Notes under the pieces: model-generated | What the model saw: the letters and a program-made list of their open reading frames with translations, nothing else | Databases searched by the model: none | What the model was told of the DNA's origin: nothing | Shown: positions 52,844 to 64,000 of the stretch, piece by piece | How positions within the stretch are numbered: position 1 is the stretch's first letter | Layout of the letters: each line of letters opens with the position of its first letter | Source of the DNA: Bugula neritina | Lineage: Eukaryota; Animalia; Bryozoa | Direction of reading: 5' to 3' | DNA length: 64,000 bases | Assembly: GCA_964035545.1 (NCBI GenBank) | Contig: OZ037766.1 | Location: forward strand, 2,294,001-2,358,000 | Position numbers and translations under genes: made by a program

Positions 52844-54304
52844 ATAAGAGATTATACACAATGTAGAAGCATTAAATAAATATCAAGTAATGATAGTTTT
52901 ATTACTATATGCTTTTAGGTATATGCCTATTATATATGATATATTACAGTATAAATGTTTATAATGTTTATAATATTTTAATAAAGCAGAAATTTTGGTG
53001 TTTTCCCAGATATAGACGCGTCCTAGTTAAACGATAGGCTAAATTTCCCACTAAGACAATTCCCACTTGGATGCTTCGCAGTTAGATGTTATTTATTTGT
53101 ATTGGTGCAATATATATTGTATGTGCAGCTTATTGGAATATTGTTCAAATATATATTATGTATATCTAAATAAATCACATATTGAGCATATAAATAAATC
53201 TCTTTGATCTGCATTAACATATTAATTTTACATAATTATTGTTGCTTCTTGTTTAAACGGATATTTTGTTAATGAGTATTCATTAATTAAAGATAATGTT
53301 TATTATTATTATATTACTGATTTTCTTGTCTCGCCTAGCGCACAAATCTATGAGAATTATAATATTATTCTAGATAATTATTGTTAGTTATTATATAGCT
53401 ATATTAGCATTTTAGCTATATTTGGCAATGAATGCAACAGTTATATAGGTACGCTATATACTATAAAATGGCACCAAAATAAAAAATAGTGTTTAACTGA
53501 AAAAAGTCTATCTGGGATGAAACCGAAATTTTGTTTGGTACAGGTCTGCAATAACCTGTCTCTTATTGTTTGAAGTACACATCATTGATTTGCATATACT
53601 ATATAAAACCATTCCCCAAATTGGTTTTAAATTTTGTTTAAAGTTGCTGTCAGCTAAATTTCATACATATTTGCTAAGTTTTGGTAATTTTGTTTCTGAA
53701 TGCTGTAATCAAACTTGTGGTATGGATACATTAATTTAAAAAAGTTTTCTTCACTAATTTGCCAATAAGTCAATTTGTATTAATTTGGCAGCTCCTATAC
53801 TGTAACTTAGACATTTCTCGTCAACTGGAAGTTTTTCTGCAGTTTAATTCTTTGTTTATGGTTTGGTTTTGTTGCTTCTGTTATTCCGTGATATTTTTCA
53901 TCTACTTTGCATTAGGCATGCGCAACAATATATTATTTAGCCTTTACATTACTTGCGCTTAGGATTTTATATTAAGTGAGTGTTTTTATCTATATTTAAG
54001 AAAAATGTGTTTTTGTGGTCAAATGTTTACTAAAAGAAGGTCATTGGCTTAGTATATGTCTGTAGGTATATGGGTTATTTTCAACCATTAAGTATTTTAT
54101 GCTATAAATGAATCTTCTGTTGGTAACTTATTCAAGTACAGTATAATATCTTTTTGCACTAATTATACAGGATTGCATTTTATTGTAATTAAGATAATCA
54201 GAGTCTAGAAAAACATATACATTAAGAGAAATGTTACCAGGGAGTTGTATTGCAAACTGACACTCAATAAAATGGGGCTTATTTCAAAGAGATTTAAACT
54301 AAGC

Positions 54305-54696
54305 AATTTAAACTTAACCGCCTGCTTATAATTAAAGTTGAAGTATATGAAAGCCATAAATCAAACTTCAAAACCGTGCAAAGCAAAGCTGGCTTGAACT
54401 TGGAATGAAACACTAACACCTTTCCAGTCAATATATATGACGCAGTTATAATTGCTTGTTAGTTAAACCATAGTCCTAATGCTAAGCTAAGCGTTTTTTA
54501 AATTTAAATTTAACTGCCTGCTTATAATTAAAGTTGAAGTATATGAAAGCCATAAATCAAACTTCAAAACCGTGCAAAGCAAAGCTGGCTTGAACTTGGA
54601 ATGAAACAGCAACACCTTTCCAGTCAAAATATATGACGCAGTTATAATTGCTTGTTAGTTAAACCATAGTCCAAATGCTAAGCTAAGCGTTTTTTA
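54305..54696. repeat. Tandem duplication, 2 x 196 bp
   Basis: 54305-54500 and 54501-54696 are near-identical with only a handful of substitutions. Confidence 0.93.
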
Positions 54697-55036
54697 ATTC
54701 TTTATAATTGCAGACACATTATCTGGAATAAAGACAAAACTACTTCAAGTCAACCAATATTTTGCTTTGAAATATTAAAAATGGCTGAATATTCTTTTAG
54801 CTACATAATTTTACTAAGGATTTTACTGAAAATGGTAAATACTCAAATACATTAGTTTTCTACTCTTGTGAAAATATGAACATAAAAATTCTTTTCTATA
54901 TAGTAAAAAAAATATTTAAAAGTCTTTTCTACCTCGAAAACATAAATTTAAATTCAGGATGTGTAAACATGCAAAATAAATAACTCACAATTTTACAGGC
55001 AGTTGTATTTTGATATTTACGATCTATAACATTGAT

Positions 55037-55843
<807 letters not shown>

Positions 55844-56781
55844 ATTTAAAGCAATAGAGAGAAGAGGTTTTTTATGTCAGTAATGTGCAGGTGCCAAGGC
55901 AGTTGCAGCAGAAACATGCACCAGCCGCAAATCTTTGTTTTCCTAAAACCCTACCTTTGTCACCACTACCTACTTTGTACCATGCACTTCTGCTTATATT
56001 TGCAAGACAATTTTCACCATCCATCTGCAGATAGCAATTGTTGATATATTAGAAGCAAGAAAAGGCAATATAAATATGCAACAAGCATTGCATATGCACA
56101 GTGCTCCATTCATATTATGATTTATAGTACAATAGACAGCCTAACCCCCATCATTTTTGCTCTAAGAAATTAGATGCTGAGTGGAGTTACCTTTGTAGAA
56201 AGTCAGAATAAATTAAATGCTTAAAATTATTCTTTATTTTGTGTCCTTCTTAGTGTTTAATAAGATCACAAGCAAAACATATTCTCATTATAATATTATA
56301 GTTGAAAATGAGTAACTCTATATAGTACTCTATTTCATCTGGTCTGGAAACTAGATTCCCTTTGTCTTTTTGTTCAAATTGATTTTCCTACAGATAAAAC
56401 TAATCCAAAATTAATATTATTTGCTATATAGGGGCTTTGAACATTTACCTAGATTTTTATCAGGATCATATATTTTCAAGTATTATTATTAATTGATTTA
56501 AAAACAGATAATATAACTAATCATTGCAGTTTCCCATCACTTTATGATTTGGTTGACTTAAGACTAAAGATATTGAACTCCATAATCTGCTAGAGTACAA
56601 AATAAGACGTCATCCTATCACTCTGATCTAAAGCTCTGCTATAACTTAAATTGGCTGAGTAAATTTTTAAGATGTTCCATGCAGCTTCACCTAACAAATT
56701 TGAATATTATACGTATATATAGGTGTATAATATATTTGTGTACGCATACACAGGCACAGACGAACACATATCTATACACAC

Positions 56782-57286
<505 letters not shown>

Positions 57287-58431
57287 GTTCACACAGCATG
57301 CATGCATGATTTGGCCTTTGCTATTTTTTTTTGCAACTTACCCTGGTTATTTAGCACTTTTTCTATTTTTCGAGATTAAAATGTGTTATAGGTGTGATAT
57401 GATTTAAATTTTAGCTTGTGTATATATTTACTTTTGCTTAGTAGGCTTACTTCTCTATGTGCCTTCACTTTTTGCTTAAAACTTTTATCTTTGGAAAATA
57501 TGGTGTTAATAGATTCTGGTATATTATTTTATAACATTCAAATATCTAAAAGCTAGAGAAACAACTGAACTAAGAGATATTTTATAAGATTGCACTGTTT
57601 GGTTTTGTGTATAAGGTTTAGAGATTCTTGCATTTGAAATAAAGAGTACTGTTCGGGGGAATTTGCATGTTTTTTTTCTGTTTGCATTTTGAGAATAAGT
57701 TGACATAACAGCTAGTTCCCTCAATAGCTTTATTCTCACTTTTAGCAATAATACAAGTTGATTGTTCCTAAGCCATATGATAATTTAGAGAGAGGCAGCT
57801 TTTATTAGAATTGCATATTCTGCAAAAAAGACTTAAATGCTGTTTGAAGTAATTTTCTGCAAATATATACAAGGACAAACTTTAATGATTTTGAATGCAA
57901 TAAATTCAATTACTTTAGATTTGGTGGTCCTAATATTATGATCTACATTTGAGACGATTGTCTTAATGAATATGGTCCAGGATATTCTTGTACCCATTTT
58001 GGTTTTGCGTGGGCTTATTATTCTGCCTTTTGCGGTTGTTCTAGAATGGTATAGGCGGCTTGTGATGTTCTGAAATTATATAAGTCTTGAACGTAATTAT
58101 ATATCTTTGATGTGTAAAAAACTTAAACATCTATATTAAGTATAGTTCCATGTTTATTTCAAAAGGTTTGTTATGATAGATTTTTTAATATCATATGAGT
58201 ACTTGTACGTGGTATAGCAGTTCTTTGTAGTTGTTATGATATGTGGTTTAAAATTTATTAGTTTCATCAGTTTGTAGGGTCAAACTTTATTTATTACTAT
58301 TTTTATCATCTTATTTATTCTCAGTGTAATAAGTTAAATAATAATACTTTGAAAATGATCAAAAATGAAATTTTAAATGTGCATTCGTCTTCACTTGATG
58401 AAGGACAGAAAAACTTTCATCTAAATTATTC

Positions 58432-60114
58432 TTAAAATTGCTGATAATATTGAGTAGAAGAAGCTTGGGGAAGAACGTTTAGCAAACGCTGCTCAAACTG
58501 ACTCGTTTGGGAGTTAGAAGTAGTTGGTTGCGTAGTCTGTGAAGGATTAGATAGTCCAAGAGGTGGACATACTCCCTGATCTTGACCTTGAGTTGAATAG
58601 CCAGGTAGTCCACTAGGGTATGGCTGCACTTGTTGAAAAAACGGAACTGCAGTTTGATGAGGAATCAAATAGTTTGGAGGTTGAAGAGAATGACTAGTTA
58701 CAGGGAAAGAGCTTGTCTGCTGCATTTGTTGTTGCTGAGAAGAAGCTACGTGTGAACGTGAAGTTAAATATTGACTCTGGGGCTGATTCATGAACGTTCC
58801 CGCTGAAGGATGACTTTGTGGACAGCCTAGCGCAGAGGCAGCGCCTGGTTGAGTTGCTGAGATAGCGCTGCCAGTAGATTGTTTGAAGTTAGAGTCAAAG
58901 TATTTGTGGTACAAGGTCATACAAATTATGGCAGCAAGGTCACCAGGTTCAAATAATGAGTGATGTATTCTCTGAATACGTATTTGGTCAGTTTCAGAAT
59001 CCCTACAAGCTGAAGCTACCATAGCCTTTGTAAGAGCACTACGGAATACCACGTAGCCAGGAGATGGGTCTTGAAGCTTGCTTTGACCATTGATGACTCC
59101 CACATCATTTGTATCTGAATATCTTGTGTAGTGGCTGTTACCCAGTCTGCTGAGATGGAACTGACCTAAGAGCTGATTCTGATTAACATACAACATACAA
59201 TTGTGTTGTCCTGAGGTCTCTTCAAGGCGAAACACCTCCTCTTGAGTTTTAAAACTTATAGCTCGAATAAAGAAGCCGCTGTTGGGCTCTCTGTCTTTAA
59301 CATTTATAACCAAATTCCGCCAATTGCCAATTAACAGTTCATATCTAGTGTTGAGGCCGTTTGCATCTCTGCACTTCATTGTCAAATAACAATGATATTT
59401 TTTCAAAACAGCTGAAGTTATATCTGTTAAACATTGCAATGCTGGGCTTGGAGGTACAAACAACAACTCATCAAACTTGTACACTAATCCATTTTCTTCC
59501 TTGCAATACAAATTATAAAATGTTAAGAAGAGAGCAGAAATCATGGTAATTGGGTCTTGCCTTTTCATACCCCTTCCGATGTGAGCATATTTTTTAGGTT
59601 CTTGCTTTCTAACGTTTTGTATATTCATTAACACCTCCCCGCTTGCCGCAGCTTGAATACACATAGCATTTCTCCTTGAGACGACTTTCAAAAGCTCTCT
59701 GTTTGACATATCTGTAGCACCATTCTTAGTCAGTCTGGCTTTGGCAACCTTATTTTGAGAATTGCCTCTGGTTTCAAACAGTATGAAAAGAGTGATAATG
59801 TCTGCGCAATTTGGATTTTGAACGCAACATCTTGCCAAACACACTGATGAATAGTGTTCAGTACCTGCATAAAACTTGAGCTCTGTCTTGGTAGTGTTTC
59901 CTATTTCTATACGAAAATATTTCTTGGTAGGAAAATGGCTGCCAATGAGAAATGCTTCAAAATACTGTCGGTGTTCCAAGCTGGTTCCAACTCTCTGGAA
60001 GCTTATTTTATGAGACTCTGAGAACATGTGAGAAACGACTTCTTCGGGGTTCCGGCCCCAGTTTCGTGTGTCCATCCATACGCTAGATGATGCAGGTCCA
60101 GCTGCTTGGGCCAT
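58432..60114 (-). CDS. 560-aa protein with an intronless CDS; probable tandem divergent phospholipid-scramblase/tubby-like domains plus a Q/S/P-rich C-terminal tail
   Basis: 1683-nt ORF in very AT-rich DNA, AAAATGG start context, acceptor atttag just upstream. The domain call rests on motif resemblance by eye: YFEAFLIG..TKKYFRI..FYA.TE..VCLARCC and ITMISALFLTFYNLY; PPSPALQCLTDI, TQEEVFRLE and LAAIICMTLYHKYFD. Gene confidence is high; domain confidence is about 0.5. Confidence 0.85.
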   Translation of the reverse strand: MAQAAGPASSSVWMDTRNWGRNPEEVVSHMFSESHKISFQRVGTSLEHRQYFEAFLIGSHFPTKKYFRIEIGNTTKTELKFYAGTEHYSSVCLARCCVQNPNCADIITLFILFETRGNSQNKVAKARLTKNGATDMSNRELLKVVSRRNAMCIQAAASGEVLMNIQNVRKQEPKKYAHIGRGMKRQDPITMISALFLTFYNLYCKEENGLVYKFDELLFVPPSPALQCLTDITSAVLKKYHCYLTMKCRDANGLNTRYELLIGNWRNLVINVKDREPNSGFFIRAISFKTQEEVFRLEETSGQHNCMLYVNQNQLLGQFHLSRLGNSHYTRYSDTNDVGVINGQSKLQDPSPGYVVFRSALTKAMVASACRDSETDQIRIQRIHHSLFEPGDLAAIICMTLYHKYFDSNFKQSTGSAISATQPGAASALGCPQSHPSAGTFMNQPQSQYLTSRSHVASSQQQQMQQTSSFPVTSHSLQPPNYLIPHQTAVPFFQQVQPYPSGLPGYSTQGQDQGVCPPLGLSNPSQTTQPTTSNSQTSQFEQRLLNVLPQASSTQYYQQF

Positions 60115-61595
60115 TTTTGAATTCCTAAATTAGTAGATTATGCCCGTCTTTTTTTAAAAACTATAAAATCTTAGGAATTTATTTGCAAATTGTTGAAAAA
60201 ATGCGAAAATATTTTCAAAATTTAGTTGTAAAAATTCCTTTCCAGCCTATAAGCAATAACTCTCGTCTCATGCCTCTTTTAAATTTTCTTGTAATTTTTG
60301 GTTATTACAAAATAATATCATTTTTACATAAAGGGCTCATCAAAAAATAGTATCAAGATCCTAAGTTTTTTTTACTTGATAAAAGATAGTAAAGCAAAAG
60401 GATTATAACTTGAGAAGAAGTTGTCCCCTCAGTAATTCTTGTAGTAATATTTATAGATTCTGCATGCGATTTTATATGTTTGATCACACGGTATTGTTTA
60501 ATGGTGTTCATGTGTTCATGCAAGCACTTTATTTATATAATATATATGCATCTAAAATAATGCATGGACAACTTTCAACACCCAATGTTAGATTTAGTTC
60601 AAACAAATTAGCCTGTCGGAGATAGTTTTGATATCTACAGGCTATAATTTGAAATAACTAAGAATATGCTATAATAAAGTATAAATAGCTTTTATTATGA
60701 GTTTAATAAATTGCTTTTTAAACAATGCTTAATGCAGTCATTAGCCAAAGTGCCAATAAAGTTGTTTGATGATCAATTGCAAATTCTCATGCATAGGAAT
60801 TTAAGTAAATTAAATGCCATTTTGCTTATATGAGTTATTTTCTAGTTTTTAGAAATTGTAAAACGTTATAGCCATATTTTGAAAACAGTATTTGAAATAT
60901 TTAGAAATAATATTTTTATTAGCTGCTGAACTTCTAAAACATATTTCAGTTTGAGCAATAAACTTAGCTTTTACTTTTAGCAATTAACTGTTTTTTTAAC
61001 AATAATATAAACTCCAACATATAAGATTATTTCCATAAAGCACTGGGTTTTTATATACAAGAGCCTATATAGTAACATAATATGGTAATAGAATATTGTA
61101 ACATAAGTCTGTCCTTATATTTAAGTGTGTAGAAAAAAACTACCTGGGCAGACAACTCTAGTGTAATAAGTACACTTTTAGTCATACTCTTTAGGAGTTT
61201 GTCTCTCTGATGTATATGTAAGCTCAACCAACTAATTAGGAACACAACTCTAAGAGTCTTCATAGCCTGCATCAACTAATTTATTCTTAAAGTTGTTTAA
61301 GTATGAAATGTGCCTCTAGTGTGCACTAAAGCACGCTTGCGCAAATAACACACATGCACACACCTCTATATATAGCTATATAGAAGTTATGTAGCCACCT
61401 GCCATGTACAGTAAAAGGAGCAATTTTTTTATTTTATATTGTATATAGAAATATAGTGTATAAATTTAATTTTAGTAACGATCAGCAATTTTCTAGAGCA
61501 GGCCCACTTAATGCAATAATGCAATGTAATTAAAGGTAGTGCTATCACACCACACTAAGTGGACTGCTGATACCAGATGTTATAAACAGTTCAGT

Positions 61596-63571
61596 TAGTG
61601 GGGGTGCCAACATGTAAAAATGGGCGGGTGGAGCACATCAATACTAACCTTTGTTGCTATATATCACTGCAAAGCCAACATTCTACTAATCTCAGATCTG
61701 CGAGTACCTTTTTTGTATCTGTGGGGGGTCTCTCGTGAGAGGGGTGGATATACAGGGGTTCAGCATTTTTCAAAGGGGGGACTATGGAACTCTAAATATT
61801 TAATTTTTTGGGTAGTTTAAGTTTGATATTAAAAATATTTTTAACAAAGTTGCACGCATATGAAACTTTCGCTATCAAAAGTTTTGACCCAAAATAAAAA
61901 AGTGGGCGGAGCCTATAATATGACAAACTACTTTTTCGCATATACCCGATATTCTCTAAACTGCTACTTTTCTGTTCTAGCATTTAGAATGTTTATTTTT
62001 GGTATGAAAATACTCTATTGTGTTCTAATAATGCTCTCCAGTTTTCATTACATTCTGAACTATATAGCTTCTTTCCCACCCATGACAAATAAAAAACATA
62101 AAACGGGAGTTATCTCCTCCATTATAAATTATTGCATTTCCACCCAATAATATTGTTCTTTGTTGATAGGAATAACATCAGCATGATAAAAATGTATTCT
62201 TAGTGTATTTATATTAGGTTATTGACTTATTTTGAATAATTGATTACAATCAATATACTATTAAGTATTAATATTCAATATTTACTGTATAAATTGAGTG
62301 TCAGCATTAATTAACAGACCACTAATATTCGATTTTTTATCCATAAGTATAGTAACATAAAATATGGTTCATAAAAAAGTAATATTATGATTTCATCATA
62401 ACAAACAATTACTATGCTCTTTTATATCAGATATTGGTAGACATTTTTAATTGTATTTATTTATAAATAAGATAGTATTTAAATTTTAATTTACAATAGA
62501 TCAAGCTTTATTACAAAGTTTTGTTATCTCTAGCGTTTATATACTAAATTTAATATATTATAATTCTTCATCAGAACTGTGTTTGTTGCCATCATCATCA
62601 TAATCAGGTTCTTTGTTTGAAAAAGAAGGCTGGCTACTTTTGTTGTTGCAATCGAAACATTCGCATATAAACCACAGCATTTCATCATCAGGCGCTTGCA
62701 TTTGCATGATTTACTCTTACAGCCTGCTTTTTTGAATTTACATGCTGTTAAAATCACATATCTGCGTTGCTCTCAAAATAATATATCATTGGAGTCAAGT
62801 TAGTATCCTGACCATAGTCAAAAACTGGCTGATGAAGTAAAATAGGTGTTAAAGCAAGTTGCCAAAGTTTAACTTGATAATTGGCTCATTCCACGTGGTA
62901 TTTTAGGGAATTCCTACTAGGTGGTAGCTGTGTTTCACTAGAGACATTCTTTAAAGCCAATATTTTATATCTTGCTTCAGTGATATCATCATAGGCATCG
63001 TATAGGCTGAAGACAAATCATTCACACTCTAAGTATGTTTAATCTGATAATGGGGACCAATCATCAGAACCTAAAGACAGATTATAGCTTCCCTTTTCAA
63101 GTACCTCCAAAGCACGCTTTTTAGATATTCGGAAGATAGAACTTACTGAGTCACAACCTGTAAGTGCATGAAGTGATAACAGATTCTTGAGAATTTTTTG
63201 TGGAATTTTTTGGCTGATTCAAAAAGAGATATATATCTTCTGTGACTCCCCATTCCAACAAAGTTTACTACATCTTTATTAGCCTGCTCAGTTAAAACAT
63301 TACTAAAATGATGTTAAGCGCAATAATAGCAACATCGGTATCTACTGATCTTATTACTACCAAATCGTAATCACTCAGTGCATCAGCTGCGTGAAGAATT
63401 AATCTCGTGTCTGCTTCATCATGATTGGATTTCAATTTGTTATAATTGTAATGATAATGGTTTTGCAGAACACAGACTTCTTTGGTGCTGCACACTAAAA
63501 ATGTACCAGCTGGAATTTTCTCAATATGTTTACTTCATGCACCTTCACTATGTAATCTACCAACTCATTTT
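61596..63571 (-). mobile_element. AcademX-type DNA transposon, 3' part, inactive
   Basis: A probable terminus TAGTGGGGGTG at 61596 (Academ ends start with TAG) plus XPG-like and Cys-rich coding remnants. The other end lies outside the window. Confidence 0.6.
62530..63570 (-). pseudogene. C-terminal half of an AcademX protein (XPG/FEN1-like nuclease plus Cys-rich finger), disrupted
   Basis: Minus-strand fragments KNELVDYI, LKSNHDEADTRLILHA..VIRSVDTDV, LHALTGCDSVSSIF.ISKK, QLPPSRNSLKYHVE*ANYQVKLW and ACKFKKAGCKSKSCKCK..KCC, with stops and frameshifts. Confidence 0.8.
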
Positions 63572-64000
63572 TGTTGTGAATATTGTAGTGAATTTTGCCA
63601 GTTCACTATTATTATTTGTGGGTCTACTTAATCAAAGCCACTGCGACAGGTTGTTTACGATAAGATACTTTATTATTTACACAAATACAAGAAGGTTATT
63701 TACTGCTAGCATGAATAGAAAACGATTACATAATTAGTGAGCTTTAATACACAACTGTTCTAAATGAAGTCCCAAGCTGCTCTGCCGGCTAGCTACTCAG
63801 CGCACTGCAACTACGAGTAGCTAGCTCTACCTGCTATCAATTAGTGTGACTGTCCTGATTGGCTAGCGTTAGTGGTGCCACTGTCGACTGTAAGATATTG
63901 TCGGGTAACCGTCTATGCCGAGTCGTCTCTGTCGCTACTAATTAACTCCATCACCATAAGCATAACACTAGCATTTGCTACTAAGCAGCTAACTGCCAGT
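63572..64000 (-). mobile_element. Probable LTR inserted into the Academ coding region, running off the window
   Basis: Transposase similarity stops abruptly at TGTTGTGAA (63572). Minus-strand AATAAA at about 63668-63673, and CTAGCCAATCAGGA resembling CTAACCAATCAGGA in the 4818-5211 insert. The second terminus is not visible. Confidence 0.4.

Overview
AT-rich animal genomic DNA with GT-AG introns, TATA promoters and many transposon relics; the species cannot be identified from the sequence. Most ORFs in the supplied track are artefacts. Hand splicing recovers a cluster of seven genes for signal-peptide-bearing proteins that I cannot assign to a known family (G1-G7, about 0.5-49.6 kb). G1 and G2 are tandem paralogues with 6 Cys, high Tyr content and an acidic tail. 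G3 is His/Arg/poly-Ser rich, and G5 is its Gln/Gly/Tyr-rich paralogue with a shared C-terminal repeat domain. G4 has a Tyr/Lys domain containing AKPSYK followed by (PPPTTT[F/L])x27. G6 and G7 are small prepeptides. G3-G7 share one architecture: TATA box, non-coding exon 1, signal peptide in exon 2, and almost only phase-2 coding introns. This points to a lineage-specific secreted adhesive, cement or matrix protein cluster (inference). The window also holds a 560-aa ORF that looks like a tandem double scramblase/tubby-like protein. Mobile elements are a dead Tc1, a dead AcademX apparently interrupted by an LTR, Harbinger-, pogo- and hAT-type MITEs and a probable solo LTR. There is also a 392-bp palindrome and several micro/minisatellites. 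All gene models were derived by hand with no expression evidence.
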